Assembly: GCA_947447175.1 (NCBI GenBank)
Contig: CANFIM010000005.1
Span: 4,376-68,375 of the forward strand
Source of the DNA: Acidimicrobiaceae bacterium
Lineage (GTDB): Bacteria; Actinomycetota; Acidimicrobiia; Acidimicrobiales; Ilumatobacteraceae
Length of the DNA: 64,000 nucleotides
Reading direction: 5' to 3'
The notes beneath the pieces were generated by a model, which saw only the letters and a list, made by a program, of their open reading frames with translations, was not told the DNA's origin and ran no database searches. A program made the translations under genes and the position numbers. The stretch's first letter is position 1. Each line of letters opens with the position of its first letter. Positions 28,348-37,988 of this stretch are shown one piece after another.

Positions 28348-29359
28348 TGGCGTCAATCAAAGGACGAAGGTCAGCAAAGCCCTTCGCGTTGTAGTCCAAG
28401 CCGATGCGAGCGAGATGGGGAACATCGTTCTCTTTGATCTCAACATCGGTGGGCCCGGATTGTGTCAATAGTCCATCTCGAGACAGATATCCGAAGGTGT
28501 CGATCATTTCAGTGAACGCGCCACTGTCGATTGGCCGCTGCGCACGGATGAACAGCCTGTTATTCACGAAACGAATTGAGTGGTAATTCGCGTAGAAGGC
28601 GGTGATTTCATGCACTGCCTCACGTACATCGTCGGTGATTTTGTAGAGAGATGTATCAGACGCAGTAATGAGTCCGTGTCGAATCAGTAACGGTTCCATC
28701 ACCTCCATCAATGGTGTCCAAAAGGGGTCGCCTGCAATTTCAAGCATCACGATGGGAACCGGAACTGATTTTGCCGTTTGCGCCAATGTCAATAGTTCAA
28801 ACGTTTCATCCAGTGTTCCGAATCCACCGGGGAGACATAGGAATGCATGAGACTCTTTCACCAGCATCAATTTTCTGGTGAAGAAATAACGCATGCTCAC
28901 GTACTTTTCGTCACCGGCAATCACTGAGTTCGCGCCCGTTTCAAATGGAAGCCTGATGGACACTCCGATAGAGCGATCTCGACCTGCCCCCAACATGCCC
29001 GCTTCCATAATTCCAGGACCGGCTCCTGTGACAACCATGTAGCCAGCATCTGCCAGTTCTCTGGCAGTTTGCACGGTTGTCTCATAGATCGGGTTATCAG
29101 GAGTTGTGCGAGCTGAACCGAAGATTGAAACTTTTGGCACATCGCGATAGGGCGCGAACATTTCGAACGCTCGCGACATTTCCTCAATGGCTGAGGACGC
29201 AATTTTTATATCCAGAGATGAGGCATCTCCTTCAAGCAAATCGCCAGTGGTGGTGAGTAGACGCACCAGCAGACGTAGATCGCTTGCAGACCTCTTGCTG
29301 TTATCAAAAAGATTGGTAATGCGACCCAGAGCCGATGTGGGGTCTGGAGTGGCAGACAT
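28334..29359 (-). CDS. LOG-family (TIGR00730) nucleotide 5'-monophosphate nucleosidase-like protein, long form
   Basis: 341 aa. VVTGAGPGIMEA and PGGFGTLDE LOG motifs. It has an N-terminal ~70-aa extension and a C-terminal ~110-aa extension, reminiscent of PpnN-type architecture. Confidence 0.8.
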   Translation of the reverse strand: MSATPDPTSALGRITNLFDNSKRSASDLRLLVRLLTTTGDLLEGDASSLDIKIASSAIEEMSRAFEMFAPYRDVPKVSIFGSARTTPDNPIYETTVQTARELADAGYMVVTGAGPGIMEAGMLGAGRDRSIGVSIRLPFETGANSVIAGDEKYVSMRYFFTRKLMLVKESHAFLCLPGGFGTLDETFELLTLAQTAKSVPVPIVMLEIAGDPFWTPLMEVMEPLLIRHGLITASDTSLYKITDDVREAVHEITAFYANYHSIRFVNNRLFIRAQRPIDSGAFTEMIDTFGYLSRDGLLTQSGPTDVEIKENDVPHLARIGLDYNAKGFADLRPLIDAINRH

Positions 29360-29362
29360 TAG

Positions 29363-30466
29363 TTATTTCAGAGCTTCCGCTTTAACAACCAGCGCGTCAA
29401 TCAACTCTTCAAAACTGTTGATGAATGACGCCACACCTTCTTGTTCCAATTGACGAGATATGTCTGCAACGTTGATGCCGAGATCAACGAGTGAATTCCA
29501 TTGCTTGTGCGCCTGTTCAAGTCCTTTGTCGATTGTGCGTTCCACTTCACCATGGTCGGCGAATGCATTCAATGTGGCGTCAGGAAGTGTGTTGACCGTA
29601 AAAGGACCAATGAGTTCGTCCACATACAGTGTGTCCTTGTACGTGGGGTTCTTTGTAGAAGTTGATGCCCAAAGAGGTCGTTGTACTTGAGCGCCTAGCG
29701 CTGCCAACGACTCCCATTCTTTTCCTGAAAAAGCGTTCTGGAAGAGCTCGTACGCAAGACGCGCTTGGTTAATGGCACTGGTTCCTCGTAACTCAAGAGC
29801 CACAGAAGAACCATTTGCGTTGAGTTGTTTATCAATTTCATTATCGACTCGACTAATGAAAAAGCTAGCGACGCTTGCAATGTTCTTGAGGTCTAATCCT
29901 TGAGATGCACGTTCGCGTAATCCGTTGATGTACGCATCAATAACCATTTGATATCTCTCAAGGCTGAAGATCAAGGTGACGTTCACGTTGCGACCCTCGG
30001 CGATCATGGACTGAATGGCCGGGAGGCCTTCCAGGGTGGCGGGAATTTTGATCATCACATTGGGGCGATTGACATCTTCATGAAGTTGACGCGCAGCTGT
30101 GAGAGTCGCTGCAGAATCTTGGGCAAGTCGAGGGTCAACTTCAACACTGACGTAGCCATCAATAGCTTGAGACTTCTCATACAGCTCGGAAAACACCTCT
30201 GAAGCGCCGTGGATGTCTTGAGTCACCAATTCCCAATACGCCTGCAGGGGAGTGAGGCCTCGTCCAATAGCACTGGCGAATTGAACGTCGTAATCCGCAG
30301 AACCTTGAATAGCTTTTTGAAAGATTGTTGGATTCGAGGTGAGGCCACGAACTCCGTCATGTACAAGCTGTTGCAACTTTCCAGACGTGATGTAACTGCG
30401 CTGCAAATTGTCGAGCCATGGGCTTTGGCTTTGCTCGCTATACAGGCGGCGCAGAATATCGCTCAT
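29363..30466 (-). CDS. tal: transaldolase (actinobacterial long type)
   Basis: 367 aa. Blocks QSPWLDNLQRS, GLTSNPTIFQKAI and IKIPAT. 4-nt overlap with tkt. Confidence 0.9.
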   Translation of the reverse strand: MSDILRRLYSEQSQSPWLDNLQRSYITSGKLQQLVHDGVRGLTSNPTIFQKAIQGSADYDVQFASAIGRGLTPLQAYWELVTQDIHGASEVFSELYEKSQAIDGYVSVEVDPRLAQDSAATLTAARQLHEDVNRPNVMIKIPATLEGLPAIQSMIAEGRNVNVTLIFSLERYQMVIDAYINGLRERASQGLDLKNIASVASFFISRVDNEIDKQLNANGSSVALELRGTSAINQARLAYELFQNAFSGKEWESLAALGAQVQRPLWASTSTKNPTYKDTLYVDELIGPFTVNTLPDATLNAFADHGEVERTIDKGLEQAHKQWNSLVDLGINVADISRQLEQEGVASFINSFEELIDALVVKAEALK

Positions 30467-32415
30467 TCGGCCAGTGCTGCTTTCGTTACTGAAACAACAT
30501 TGGGGACATTGATGCCAAGTTTGTCCATCACCAAGTTTCCTGGTGCGCTCGCACCAAAACGATCAATTCCTACGCTGTGTGTTGCAAATGCGGCCCATCC
30601 AAAAGTGGTTCCTGCTTCAACACTGACCCTTGGCATTGTGGGCGGAAGAATGGTGTCACGATCTTTCTTAGTCAACTTCATGAAGCGATCCCAAGAAGGC
30701 ATTGACACCACGTTGACTTGGATGTTTTCATCTCCAAGTTTTTTCGCCGCGTCTACAGCAACTCCCAGTTCGCTACCCGTTGCGATAATTGTTGCAACAG
30801 GAGCAGTTGAACGATGAATGACCGAAGCTCCGGGCTGCACAGACTCGCCCTTGGTGAGCGATGGAACATTTTGGCGAGACAAAATGATGGCTGTGGGGCC
30901 ATTATGCGCAACCGCCGCTAACCAGGCCTGAGCAGTTTCGTTTGGATCTGCCGGACGAATCACTTGAAGGCCAGGAATGGCGCGAAGAGAAGCGAGATGT
31001 TCAACGGGCTGGTGTGTAGGGCCATCTTCACCCACACCAACAGAGTCATGACTGAACACGAAAACACAGCGTGCCTTAGAGAGTGCGGCAAGTCGAATCG
31101 ATGGTCGCATGTAGTCGGCGAACACGAAGAACGTTCCGCCAACTGGGATGACGCCGCCGTGTAGGGCCATTCCCACCATGGCTGCACCCATTGCGTGTTC
31201 ACGGATGCCGTAATACACCTGCTTCCCGGAAGGATTGGAGGATGAGTACCCGGATGTAGACGGAAGTTTGGCGCCTGTGTTGCCGGTGAGGTCAGCGGCT
31301 CCTGCAAGAACATTAGGTACCGAATTAACAGTGGCTTCGAGCACCTTCTGGAATGCCTGACGAGTGGCCAAGTTCGTGCTTTCATCAAAGACTGGCAAGG
31401 AAGCAGCAACCGATGCCTCGTCAATTGCGTTGCCTGCTTCTAGTGTCGCGCGCGCTGCAGAATCAGCCTTGCTGCTCCACGACGACATCCATTCGGAGGC
31501 ACGAGTTGCACTGTGGGTGCGATACGCATTCACCACCTCGTCAGGAGCCCAGAAAGGTTCATCGGGAATGCCCATGACCTTCTTGGTTGACGAGACCAAC
31601 TCGGCCGTGAATGGGTTTCCATGAGCCTCGTGTTTGTCTGTGAGCTCTGGTGAAGGAAATCCGATATGAGTTCTCAATACAACAAGCGTTGGTGAGCCCA
31701 CATTGTTGCGTGCAGCAAGTAGGGCATGTTCAATCTTGTCGCAATCTTCGCCAATCTCGCCAGCTTCAATGACATTCCATCCGTACGAGCGGAATCGTGC
31801 GGGGACATCATCGGAACACGTGAGATCAGTTGATCCGTCAATTGTGATTTTGTTGTCGTCGAAGACGGCAATGAGGTGATCGAGTTTCAGGTGACCTGCA
31901 AGGGAAGCGGCCTCATGGCTTATGCCTTCCATGAGGCAACCGTCGCCAACAATCACATACGTACGATGATCAACCGTTGATGCGCCATGAAGTTCGCGCA
32001 GGTGTGATTCAGCAATGGCCATACCAACTGCATTTGCAAAGCCTTGACCTAATGGTCCGGTTGTCACCTCAACACCTGCCGTGTGTCCTACTTCGGGATG
32101 TCCTGGTGTTGCTGAATCCCATTGGCGAAATTCTCGTAAATCGTCGAGGCTGAGTCCGTACCCGTTGAGATACAACATTGAGTACTGAAGAATTGATGCG
32201 TGACCATTCGAGAGTATGAATCGGTCTCGGTTGACCCACTGAGGGTTTGAAGGCGCGTGCTGCATGACGCGGCTGTACAACACATGTGCAAGAGGTGCCA
32301 GAGACATAGCAGTTCCTTGGTGACCGCTCTTTGCGGCCAGTGGCGCATCCATCGCAATTCCGCGGATGAGGGCAATGGCTTGCTGGTCTTGCTGAGGACT
32401 TAATTTGCTAGGCAC
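30463..32415 (-). CDS. tkt: transketolase
   Basis: 650 aa. Blocks SGHQGTAMSLAP, GDGCLMEGISHEA (ThDP motif) and FVFSHDSVGVGEDGPTHQPVE. Confidence 0.95.
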   Translation of the reverse strand: MPSKLSPQQDQQAIALIRGIAMDAPLAAKSGHQGTAMSLAPLAHVLYSRVMQHAPSNPQWVNRDRFILSNGHASILQYSMLYLNGYGLSLDDLREFRQWDSATPGHPEVGHTAGVEVTTGPLGQGFANAVGMAIAESHLRELHGASTVDHRTYVIVGDGCLMEGISHEAASLAGHLKLDHLIAVFDDNKITIDGSTDLTCSDDVPARFRSYGWNVIEAGEIGEDCDKIEHALLAARNNVGSPTLVVLRTHIGFPSPELTDKHEAHGNPFTAELVSSTKKVMGIPDEPFWAPDEVVNAYRTHSATRASEWMSSWSSKADSAARATLEAGNAIDEASVAASLPVFDESTNLATRQAFQKVLEATVNSVPNVLAGAADLTGNTGAKLPSTSGYSSSNPSGKQVYYGIREHAMGAAMVGMALHGGVIPVGGTFFVFADYMRPSIRLAALSKARCVFVFSHDSVGVGEDGPTHQPVEHLASLRAIPGLQVIRPADPNETAQAWLAAVAHNGPTAIILSRQNVPSLTKGESVQPGASVIHRSTAPVATIIATGSELGVAVDAAKKLGDENIQVNVVSMPSWDRFMKLTKKDRDTILPPTMPRVSVEAGTTFGWAAFATHSVGIDRFGASAPGNLVMDKLGINVPNVVSVTKAALAE

Positions 32416-33499
32416 GTACTGATGGTAATCGGCGCCAGGTGTTCACAACGGAAAGGTCTTCGCTCAGAGCCACCACATCGGCTGCGCCGCCTTCGGCCAG
32501 AAAGCCACAATTTTCCAATCCAACCGTTCGAGCAGGCGTTGATGTGGCCGATTGAAGGGCATTCTCTACTGACACACCACAATGATTCACAACATTTGCC
32601 ACGCATTGAGCCAGAGGAGTTGAGGTTCCCGCAAGAGTGTCATCTGGTAGTCGCGGAGCACCGTCGCGAACCTTCACACCTCTAGCGGTGGCCCACTCGG
32701 ATTTCCAAGCAATGGAGTCGGACACCAGGCAGACTCCCTCTGCTCCTTTTGCACGAAACGCCAAAGAAATGGCCTTAGGCGACACGTGCACAAGATCTGC
32801 AATAAGGCCAGCGCGAATTTTGTCATTGGTCATCGCCATGAGGGCAAGGCCGTCGTTGCGGTGATGTACACCACTCATTCCGTTGTACAAATGTGTCACT
32901 AAGGACGCGCCAGCAGTCACAACAGACTCAAATTCTTTTGTTGTTGGTTGAGAGTGTCCAATAGAAACGTGAATGTTTCTACTCATAAATTCAGTGACTG
33001 CCTGAGCGGCATTGTTTTGTTCTGCAGCCAGGGTGACAAGTTGTACGCATTCAGGTAGCGATGCAATCCATGTGAAATCAAATGGCACTATCCACTTCGG
33101 ATTGTGGGCTCCGGGGGATGACCCGAGAAATGGGCCTTCTACGTGCACACCGCGAAGACCGCGAACCGACGAAGAGATGAAGGCTTGTTGCAGACCTTCG
33201 ATGGATGTTGAGAGGCGGTCAAGAGGCGCCGTCACAATTGTTCCGAGCCATGAAGTGGTTCCTAGTGACGCAAGAGTGTCGTCAAGTTGCACCAACTGCG
33301 CTATGTCGCAGACAGATACATCCCACTTGTCAAAACCATTCATTTGAATGTCGACAAAGCCGGGGGAGAGAAGGTCAAACTCTGCTGTTCCTACAAACGG
33401 AGTGATGCTTTGAATCACTCCCGAGTCAATGACAAGCCGACGAGGTCCGTGCAACGTGAAGCCATCGAACAATTTTTCACACGTCAACTCGATGCTCAC
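32408..33499 (-). CDS. nagA: N-acetylglucosamine-6-phosphate deacetylase (E. coli-type NagA)
   Basis: 363 aa. PGFVDIQMNGF parallels E. coli NagA PGFIDVQLNG. Also HVEGPFL, SIGHS, THLYNGMS and LVSDS blocks. 8-nt overlap with the tkt start. Confidence 0.8.
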   Translation of the reverse strand: MSIELTCEKLFDGFTLHGPRRLVIDSGVIQSITPFVGTAEFDLLSPGFVDIQMNGFDKWDVSVCDIAQLVQLDDTLASLGTTSWLGTIVTAPLDRLSTSIEGLQQAFISSSVRGLRGVHVEGPFLGSSPGAHNPKWIVPFDFTWIASLPECVQLVTLAAEQNNAAQAVTEFMSRNIHVSIGHSQPTTKEFESVVTAGASLVTHLYNGMSGVHHRNDGLALMAMTNDKIRAGLIADLVHVSPKAISLAFRAKGAEGVCLVSDSIAWKSEWATARGVKVRDGAPRLPDDTLAGTSTPLAQCVANVVNHCGVSVENALQSATSTPARTVGLENCGFLAEGGAADVVALSEDLSVVNTWRRLPSVRA

Positions 33500-33520
33500 G
33501 CTGAAACGGTACTTCAGGTT

Positions 33521-34270
33521 TTAGGAGACAGAAGCCTTGGCCGATGGAGTGAGGCGAATATCATCAAAACGCAATTTGGCCAGACGCACAACAGTAAGTG
33601 ACCTAATGACCCACCAACCTGGATCAATTTGGAACCATTTGTGGGACAAGCGAGGAGACGACGGTGCAGCGTGGTGATTGTTGTGAAGACCTTCGCCCAT
33701 TGTGCAAAACGCCAACCACTGAAGATTTGTTGCACCGTTGTCATAGGGCTTGCGCCCAAAATGGTGACCCAAAGCGTTCACAGCAGCATTTCCCGCTAAG
33801 TACGCATTGGCGTGAATGAAAGCGGCTAGCAAACCAGTGAGTGGCCCAAACACCACAACCAGAATTCCAATTCCGATGAGAAGCCCGGTCTTGTTGTGGC
33901 CGAACAACGCGCGATCCCATGAATCATCAGGAAGATCTTTGGCGTACTTAGAAATGATGTCGGGGTCTTTCAACGCGCCTCGATACAAGGCAACATTTTT
34001 CGCTTGCACTTTTCGCCATCCCAAGAGCACAGGTGAGTGGGGGTCGCCGGTCTCATCGGTAAAAGCGTGGTGCTTGCGGTGAACGGCAACCCACTCTTTG
34101 GGCTTGATTCCAGTAGTGAGCCACAACACCAACCGAAAAACCCACGCAGCCTCGGGGCGCAGAGTCAGGGCTCGGTGGCTGAGAGCCCTGTGCAGGTACA
34201 CAGTGGTGCACGTGTTCGCCAAGGTGGAGACCACAGCAGCAGCGATAAGGGCAGTGAGAAGAGTGCTCAT
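33521..34270 (-). CDS. membrane fatty-acid (acyl-CoA/acyl-lipid) desaturase, short form
   Basis: 249 aa. Three His boxes (HRALSHR, HRKHHAFTD, HNNHHAAP) with flanking TM helices. Confidence 0.8.
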   Translation of the reverse strand: MSTLLTALIAAAVVSTLANTCTTVYLHRALSHRALTLRPEAAWVFRLVLWLTTGIKPKEWVAVHRKHHAFTDETGDPHSPVLLGWRKVQAKNVALYRGALKDPDIISKYAKDLPDDSWDRALFGHNKTGLLIGIGILVVVFGPLTGLLAAFIHANAYLAGNAAVNALGHHFGRKPYDNGATNLQWLAFCTMGEGLHNNHHAAPSSPRLSHKWFQIDPGWWVIRSLTVVRLAKLRFDDIRLTPSAKASVS

Positions 34271-34287
34271 GTACCCACCCTAGAGCA

Positions 34288-34305
34288 CTACCTACCAGTA
34301 GGTAG
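34288..34305. promoter_or_regulatory. candidate TetR operator: perfect 8-2-8 inverted repeat in the desaturase/TetR divergent intergenic region
   Basis: CTACCTAC-CA-GTAGGTAG lies between the desaturase start (34270) and the TetR start (34323). A second inverted repeat, AGTGCTC (34262-34268) / GAGCACT (34283-34289), straddles the desaturase start codon. Confidence 0.5.
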
Positions 34306-34322
34306 ACGAATAGGGCGATAAC

Positions 34323-34946
34323 TTGTCACATGTGGCAGATGCGATTGACCCCCAGAAGTCCACTCGCGATCAAATCCTCGATGAGGCACTGAAATGTTTT
34401 GCCGAGCGGGGCTATGAAGGCACATCACTCAACGACATTGCAGCCGGCGTTGGTATACGTCGACCTAGCTTGCTTCACCATTTCCCCAGCAAGGAAAACC
34501 TGTACGAAAACCTTTTTGAGAGGCTTCTGTCCGACTGGATGGAACGACTTGAAGTGTCGATTGCTTCTCCCGTCTCTGGTTGGGACAAAGCCGAACTGGT
34601 GTTGCGTTCAGGTTTCTCTTTGTTCGCAGACACACCCGATTACGTACGCATCATGCGTCGAGAAGCTCTCGATGGCGGAGAGCACCTAGGAATTGACCTC
34701 GCTGCAGTCTTGAAGCCTCTGTTTGATGCCGCTGTTATTTATCTTGATGAACAAATGCGTGCAGGCACATTTCGCACACATGACTCTCGGCACCTGTTAA
34801 TTACTGGGTACGGTGCCATCCTCACGTACTTCTCAGATGCACCGTTTATCGACGAACTTCTTGAGGACCGTGCCTTAACTGCGAAAAATGTCAACGACCA
34901 TTGTGAACATGTCATTGGGTTCTTTCGTGCTGCCTTGCTGAACTGA
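34323..34946 (+). CDS. TetR/AcrR-family transcriptional regulator
   Basis: 207 aa. N-terminal HTH is RDQILDEALKCFAERGYEGTSLNDIAAGVGIRRPSLLHHFPSKENLY. TTG start at 34323, or GTG at 34332. Confidence 0.85.
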   Translation: MSHVADAIDPQKSTRDQILDEALKCFAERGYEGTSLNDIAAGVGIRRPSLLHHFPSKENLYENLFERLLSDWMERLEVSIASPVSGWDKAELVLRSGFSLFADTPDYVRIMRREALDGGEHLGIDLAAVLKPLFDAAVIYLDEQMRAGTFRTHDSRHLLITGYGAILTYFSDAPFIDELLEDRALTAKNVNDHCEHVIGFFRAALLN

Positions 34947-34981
34947 TTCAGTTTCACACCGAGTGGTCTACGGTGTGAGAC

Positions 34982-35758
34982 ATGGCAACTTTCACCCATG
35001 ACGGACGAACCATTGGTTATTCAGTGAACGGAGAAGGGCCAGTCATTCTTGCCTTTCACGGCACCACTCAAATGGGAAATGCCTGGGACCAAGTACGAAC
35101 ACTTTGCAGTGAACCACGAACGTGGGTGTCATTCGAATTTCCAGGTTCTGGAGAATCATCAATGCCTGTATCTCCCATTGAACTTGATGACATCGTGGAC
35201 GACGCCCTTGCATTGATGACACATCTTGGGCATGAGAATTTCCATGTAGTGGGTTATTCGCTCGGCGCTGTCACAGCTCTCCACACAGCAGCCACCGCGC
35301 CTGCTCGAACATTGACCGTTACCTCGCTCTGTGGTTGGTCGCAATCAGATGCGCGAATGAGACTCACATTTGACTTGTGGCGCAAACTCATCGCCATCGG
35401 ACCTGACGTTTTCATGCGTTACGCACTGGTCGATGGGTACACAGTGGGAACGTTGTCCGTCCTTGAGCCAATGGCCGAAGGTGCAATTGCCATGGCTTCC
35501 GCCGCAGTGCAACCCGGTTCGGATGCACACCTTGATCTTGATATTCGCGTTGACATTGAAGACGACCTGCAGGCAATCACCTCACCATGTCTTGTCATCG
35601 GAGGGATTGAAGATCGCTGGGTAGACATTTCCAAATCGCGTCACATTGCTTCAGTTGTTCGTGAATCCACGTTGGTTGAGTTGCCTGCTGGCCACTTGGT
35701 AATTGGGGAACTTGCCGGCGATATTGCACAACTCATTACGGCTCACACTGCGTCATAG
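34982..35758 (+). CDS. alpha/beta hydrolase
   Basis: 258 aa. ILAFHG and the VGYSLGA nucleophile elbow, with a C-terminal AGHL His region. Confidence 0.75.
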   Translation: MATFTHDGRTIGYSVNGEGPVILAFHGTTQMGNAWDQVRTLCSEPRTWVSFEFPGSGESSMPVSPIELDDIVDDALALMTHLGHENFHVVGYSLGAVTALHTAATAPARTLTVTSLCGWSQSDARMRLTFDLWRKLIAIGPDVFMRYALVDGYTVGTLSVLEPMAEGAIAMASAAVQPGSDAHLDLDIRVDIEDDLQAITSPCLVIGGIEDRWVDISKSRHIASVVRESTLVELPAGHLVIGELAGDIAQLITAHTAS

Positions 35759-35815
35759 CGATATTTGCTCTGGAACGACGGTGCTGGCGGCTTGCGCTGA
35801 CTACCGTATATAACC

Positions 35816-37978
35816 GTGTCAACTTCTAGTCCTTCCATAACGCTCTCCGAATCTTCTTCCAAGGAGCTTCTCGCTGCATACGGAGTTCCCTTCGCACCTG
35901 AGAAAAAGGTGGCTACAGCAGTAGACGCCGCACAGGCAGCCAGTGATTTGGGATACCCCGTTGTTGTAAAACTTGGCGGGGACAAGATCGCTCACAAGAC
36001 CGAACGTGGACTTGTTCGCCTTCGGTTGAATGATGAACCCTCAGTAATTGAAGCTTCACAACAATTGCTAGCCGCAGCAACCGCAGATGACGGAGAAGTT
36101 CATCTGTTGGTGGCTCCCATGATTGCGGGTACACGAGAACTGATTGCTGGCGTTCTTGTGGATGCGCAATTTGGACCAACAGTCATGTTGGGAATTGGCG
36201 GTGTGATGGCTGAAGTCATTGCAGACGTTCAATTCAGGCCAGCGCCCCTCACACGTGACGGTGCACTAGGGATGATTAAGTCCCTTCGAATGCAGGGTCT
36301 GCTGGAAGATTTCCGCGGTGAATCGGCTGTCAACCTCAATCAGGTTGTGGATTGTCTCGTAGGGCTGTCGCAAGTGGCCGTTGAACGCGAAGACATCGTT
36401 TCTGTAGACGTGAACCCTCTCATCGTGCGAGCGAACGGTGACATTGTGGCAGTGGACGCGTTGGTAGAGATTGGTACTCGCGAGACAAACAGTTCACAAC
36501 AAAGAGCTCGTTATTCAGATTCACAATTCCGCGCACTGTTCGAGCCCAAAGGAGTTCTCGTCACTGGTGCATCCACACACCCAGGAAAATTTGGTTTCGT
36601 GTCGTTGCACAACATTTTGGCCAGTGGTTATGCCGGCGGTGTATTTGGAACGAATCTGCAAGGTGAAGAGGTGTTGGGCATCAAAACGGTTGCTGACATT
36701 GCAGCTCTTCCGAACGATGCAATCGATTTAGTTTTTGTGTGCACACCCGCGTCAGCAAACCCAGATCTTCTACGCGCCTGTGCAGCCAAAGGCGTTCGTG
36801 CCGCTTTCCTTACATCTGCTGGTTACGGCGAAGCAGGCGACGAAGGTCGCGTGTTAGAAGCAGAACTTGTTGCACTGGCCGATGAATTGGGAATTCTGTT
36901 AGCAGGCCCCAATGGTCAAGGCGTCGTCTCAACACCCGCAAAATTGTGTGCGCAAATCGTTGCCCCCAATCCACCTGCTGGCGCTATTGCGGTCGCCAGC
37001 CAAAGTGGAAACTTTGTGTCAAGTTTTATGAACTATGCAAGGTCAGCTGGCGTCGGTATTAGCCGCGCAGTTTCTGCAGGTAATGCTGCAGCGTTAGGTG
37101 TTGCAGATCTCATCGAGTGGTACGCAACTGATGACGAGACTCGTGTTTCTCTCGCTTATGTCGAAGGTATTCACGACGGTGCAGGCTTGATGTCTCGTCT
37201 CGGTGAGGTAACGAAGAAGAAGCCTGTTGTTCTCGTGAAAGGTGGGGCTACTGACAAAGGTGCTCGCGCTGCAGCCAGCCATACAGGTGCCCTCGCCGCA
37301 AACGACTCCATTTTCGATGGAGCGTGCAAAGCCGCAGGTATCTCTCGCGCAATCACAGTTGAAGAGGCATATGAAGCGGCAGCAACGTTTGCAACACAAC
37401 CACTTCCAAAGGGTCCAAACATTGTGATCCTCACTACCGCTGGCGGTTGGGGAGTAGTAACTAGTGATGCCATTGCTCGCGATGGCCTCCTGCAGTTGAT
37501 GGCTTTGCCAGATGACTTACGTGAACAAATCGACACCAAGCTTCCTCCACGTTGGAGCAAGAACAACCCCGTGGACTGCGCTGGTGGCGAAACACGAGAC
37601 ACAATCCCTGAGGTAATGGAAATGATTGCGTCTCACCCTTCTGTAGATGCTGTCATCTATTTGGGTCTCGGCATTCAAGCGAACCAGGCACGTTTAATGC
37701 GTGAGGGCCATTTCTATCCTGGCGAAGGGTTGGAGCGCATCGTTGAATATCACGAACGTCAAGACAGCCGATTCGCACAAGCAGCCCATGACCTTTCAGT
37801 GTCAACAGGGAAACCCATACTTGTAGCTACTGAATTAGCGGTGGCAGACCCAGACAATGCCGGTGTGCGTACAGTTCACGAAACAGGGCGCTTGTGTTAC
37901 GCAAGCGGTAACCGTGCGGTTGCAGCTTTGGGTCATCTCTATCGATACGCGGTGCATACAGGTGTCGCGACGCGCTAA
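35816..37978 (+). CDS. ADP-forming acyl-CoA synthetase family protein (acetate--CoA ligase family), ATP-grasp domain first
   Basis: 720 aa with a GTG start. The N-terminal ATP-grasp beta-type part has SKELLAAYGVPFAP and GYPVVVKL. The CoA-binding/ligase-CoA alpha-type part follows, with FEPKGVLVTGAS, AGPNGQG, SQSGN and the phosphohistidine loop ASHTGAL. Confidence 0.85.
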   Translation: MSTSSPSITLSESSSKELLAAYGVPFAPEKKVATAVDAAQAASDLGYPVVVKLGGDKIAHKTERGLVRLRLNDEPSVIEASQQLLAAATADDGEVHLLVAPMIAGTRELIAGVLVDAQFGPTVMLGIGGVMAEVIADVQFRPAPLTRDGALGMIKSLRMQGLLEDFRGESAVNLNQVVDCLVGLSQVAVEREDIVSVDVNPLIVRANGDIVAVDALVEIGTRETNSSQQRARYSDSQFRALFEPKGVLVTGASTHPGKFGFVSLHNILASGYAGGVFGTNLQGEEVLGIKTVADIAALPNDAIDLVFVCTPASANPDLLRACAAKGVRAAFLTSAGYGEAGDEGRVLEAELVALADELGILLAGPNGQGVVSTPAKLCAQIVAPNPPAGAIAVASQSGNFVSSFMNYARSAGVGISRAVSAGNAAALGVADLIEWYATDDETRVSLAYVEGIHDGAGLMSRLGEVTKKKPVVLVKGGATDKGARAAASHTGALAANDSIFDGACKAAGISRAITVEEAYEAAATFATQPLPKGPNIVILTTAGGWGVVTSDAIARDGLLQLMALPDDLREQIDTKLPPRWSKNNPVDCAGGETRDTIPEVMEMIASHPSVDAVIYLGLGIQANQARLMREGHFYPGEGLERIVEYHERQDSRFAQAAHDLSVSTGKPILVATELAVADPDNAGVRTVHETGRLCYASGNRAVAALGHLYRYAVHTGVATR

Positions 37979-37988
37979 TCCAACTCGC

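Noticed and set aside
37857-37988. Upstream part of the 507-aa PBP4 track ORF
   Set aside because: It overlaps the 3' end of the acyl-CoA synthetase gene. The TM anchor and mature domain follow the GTG at 37989.
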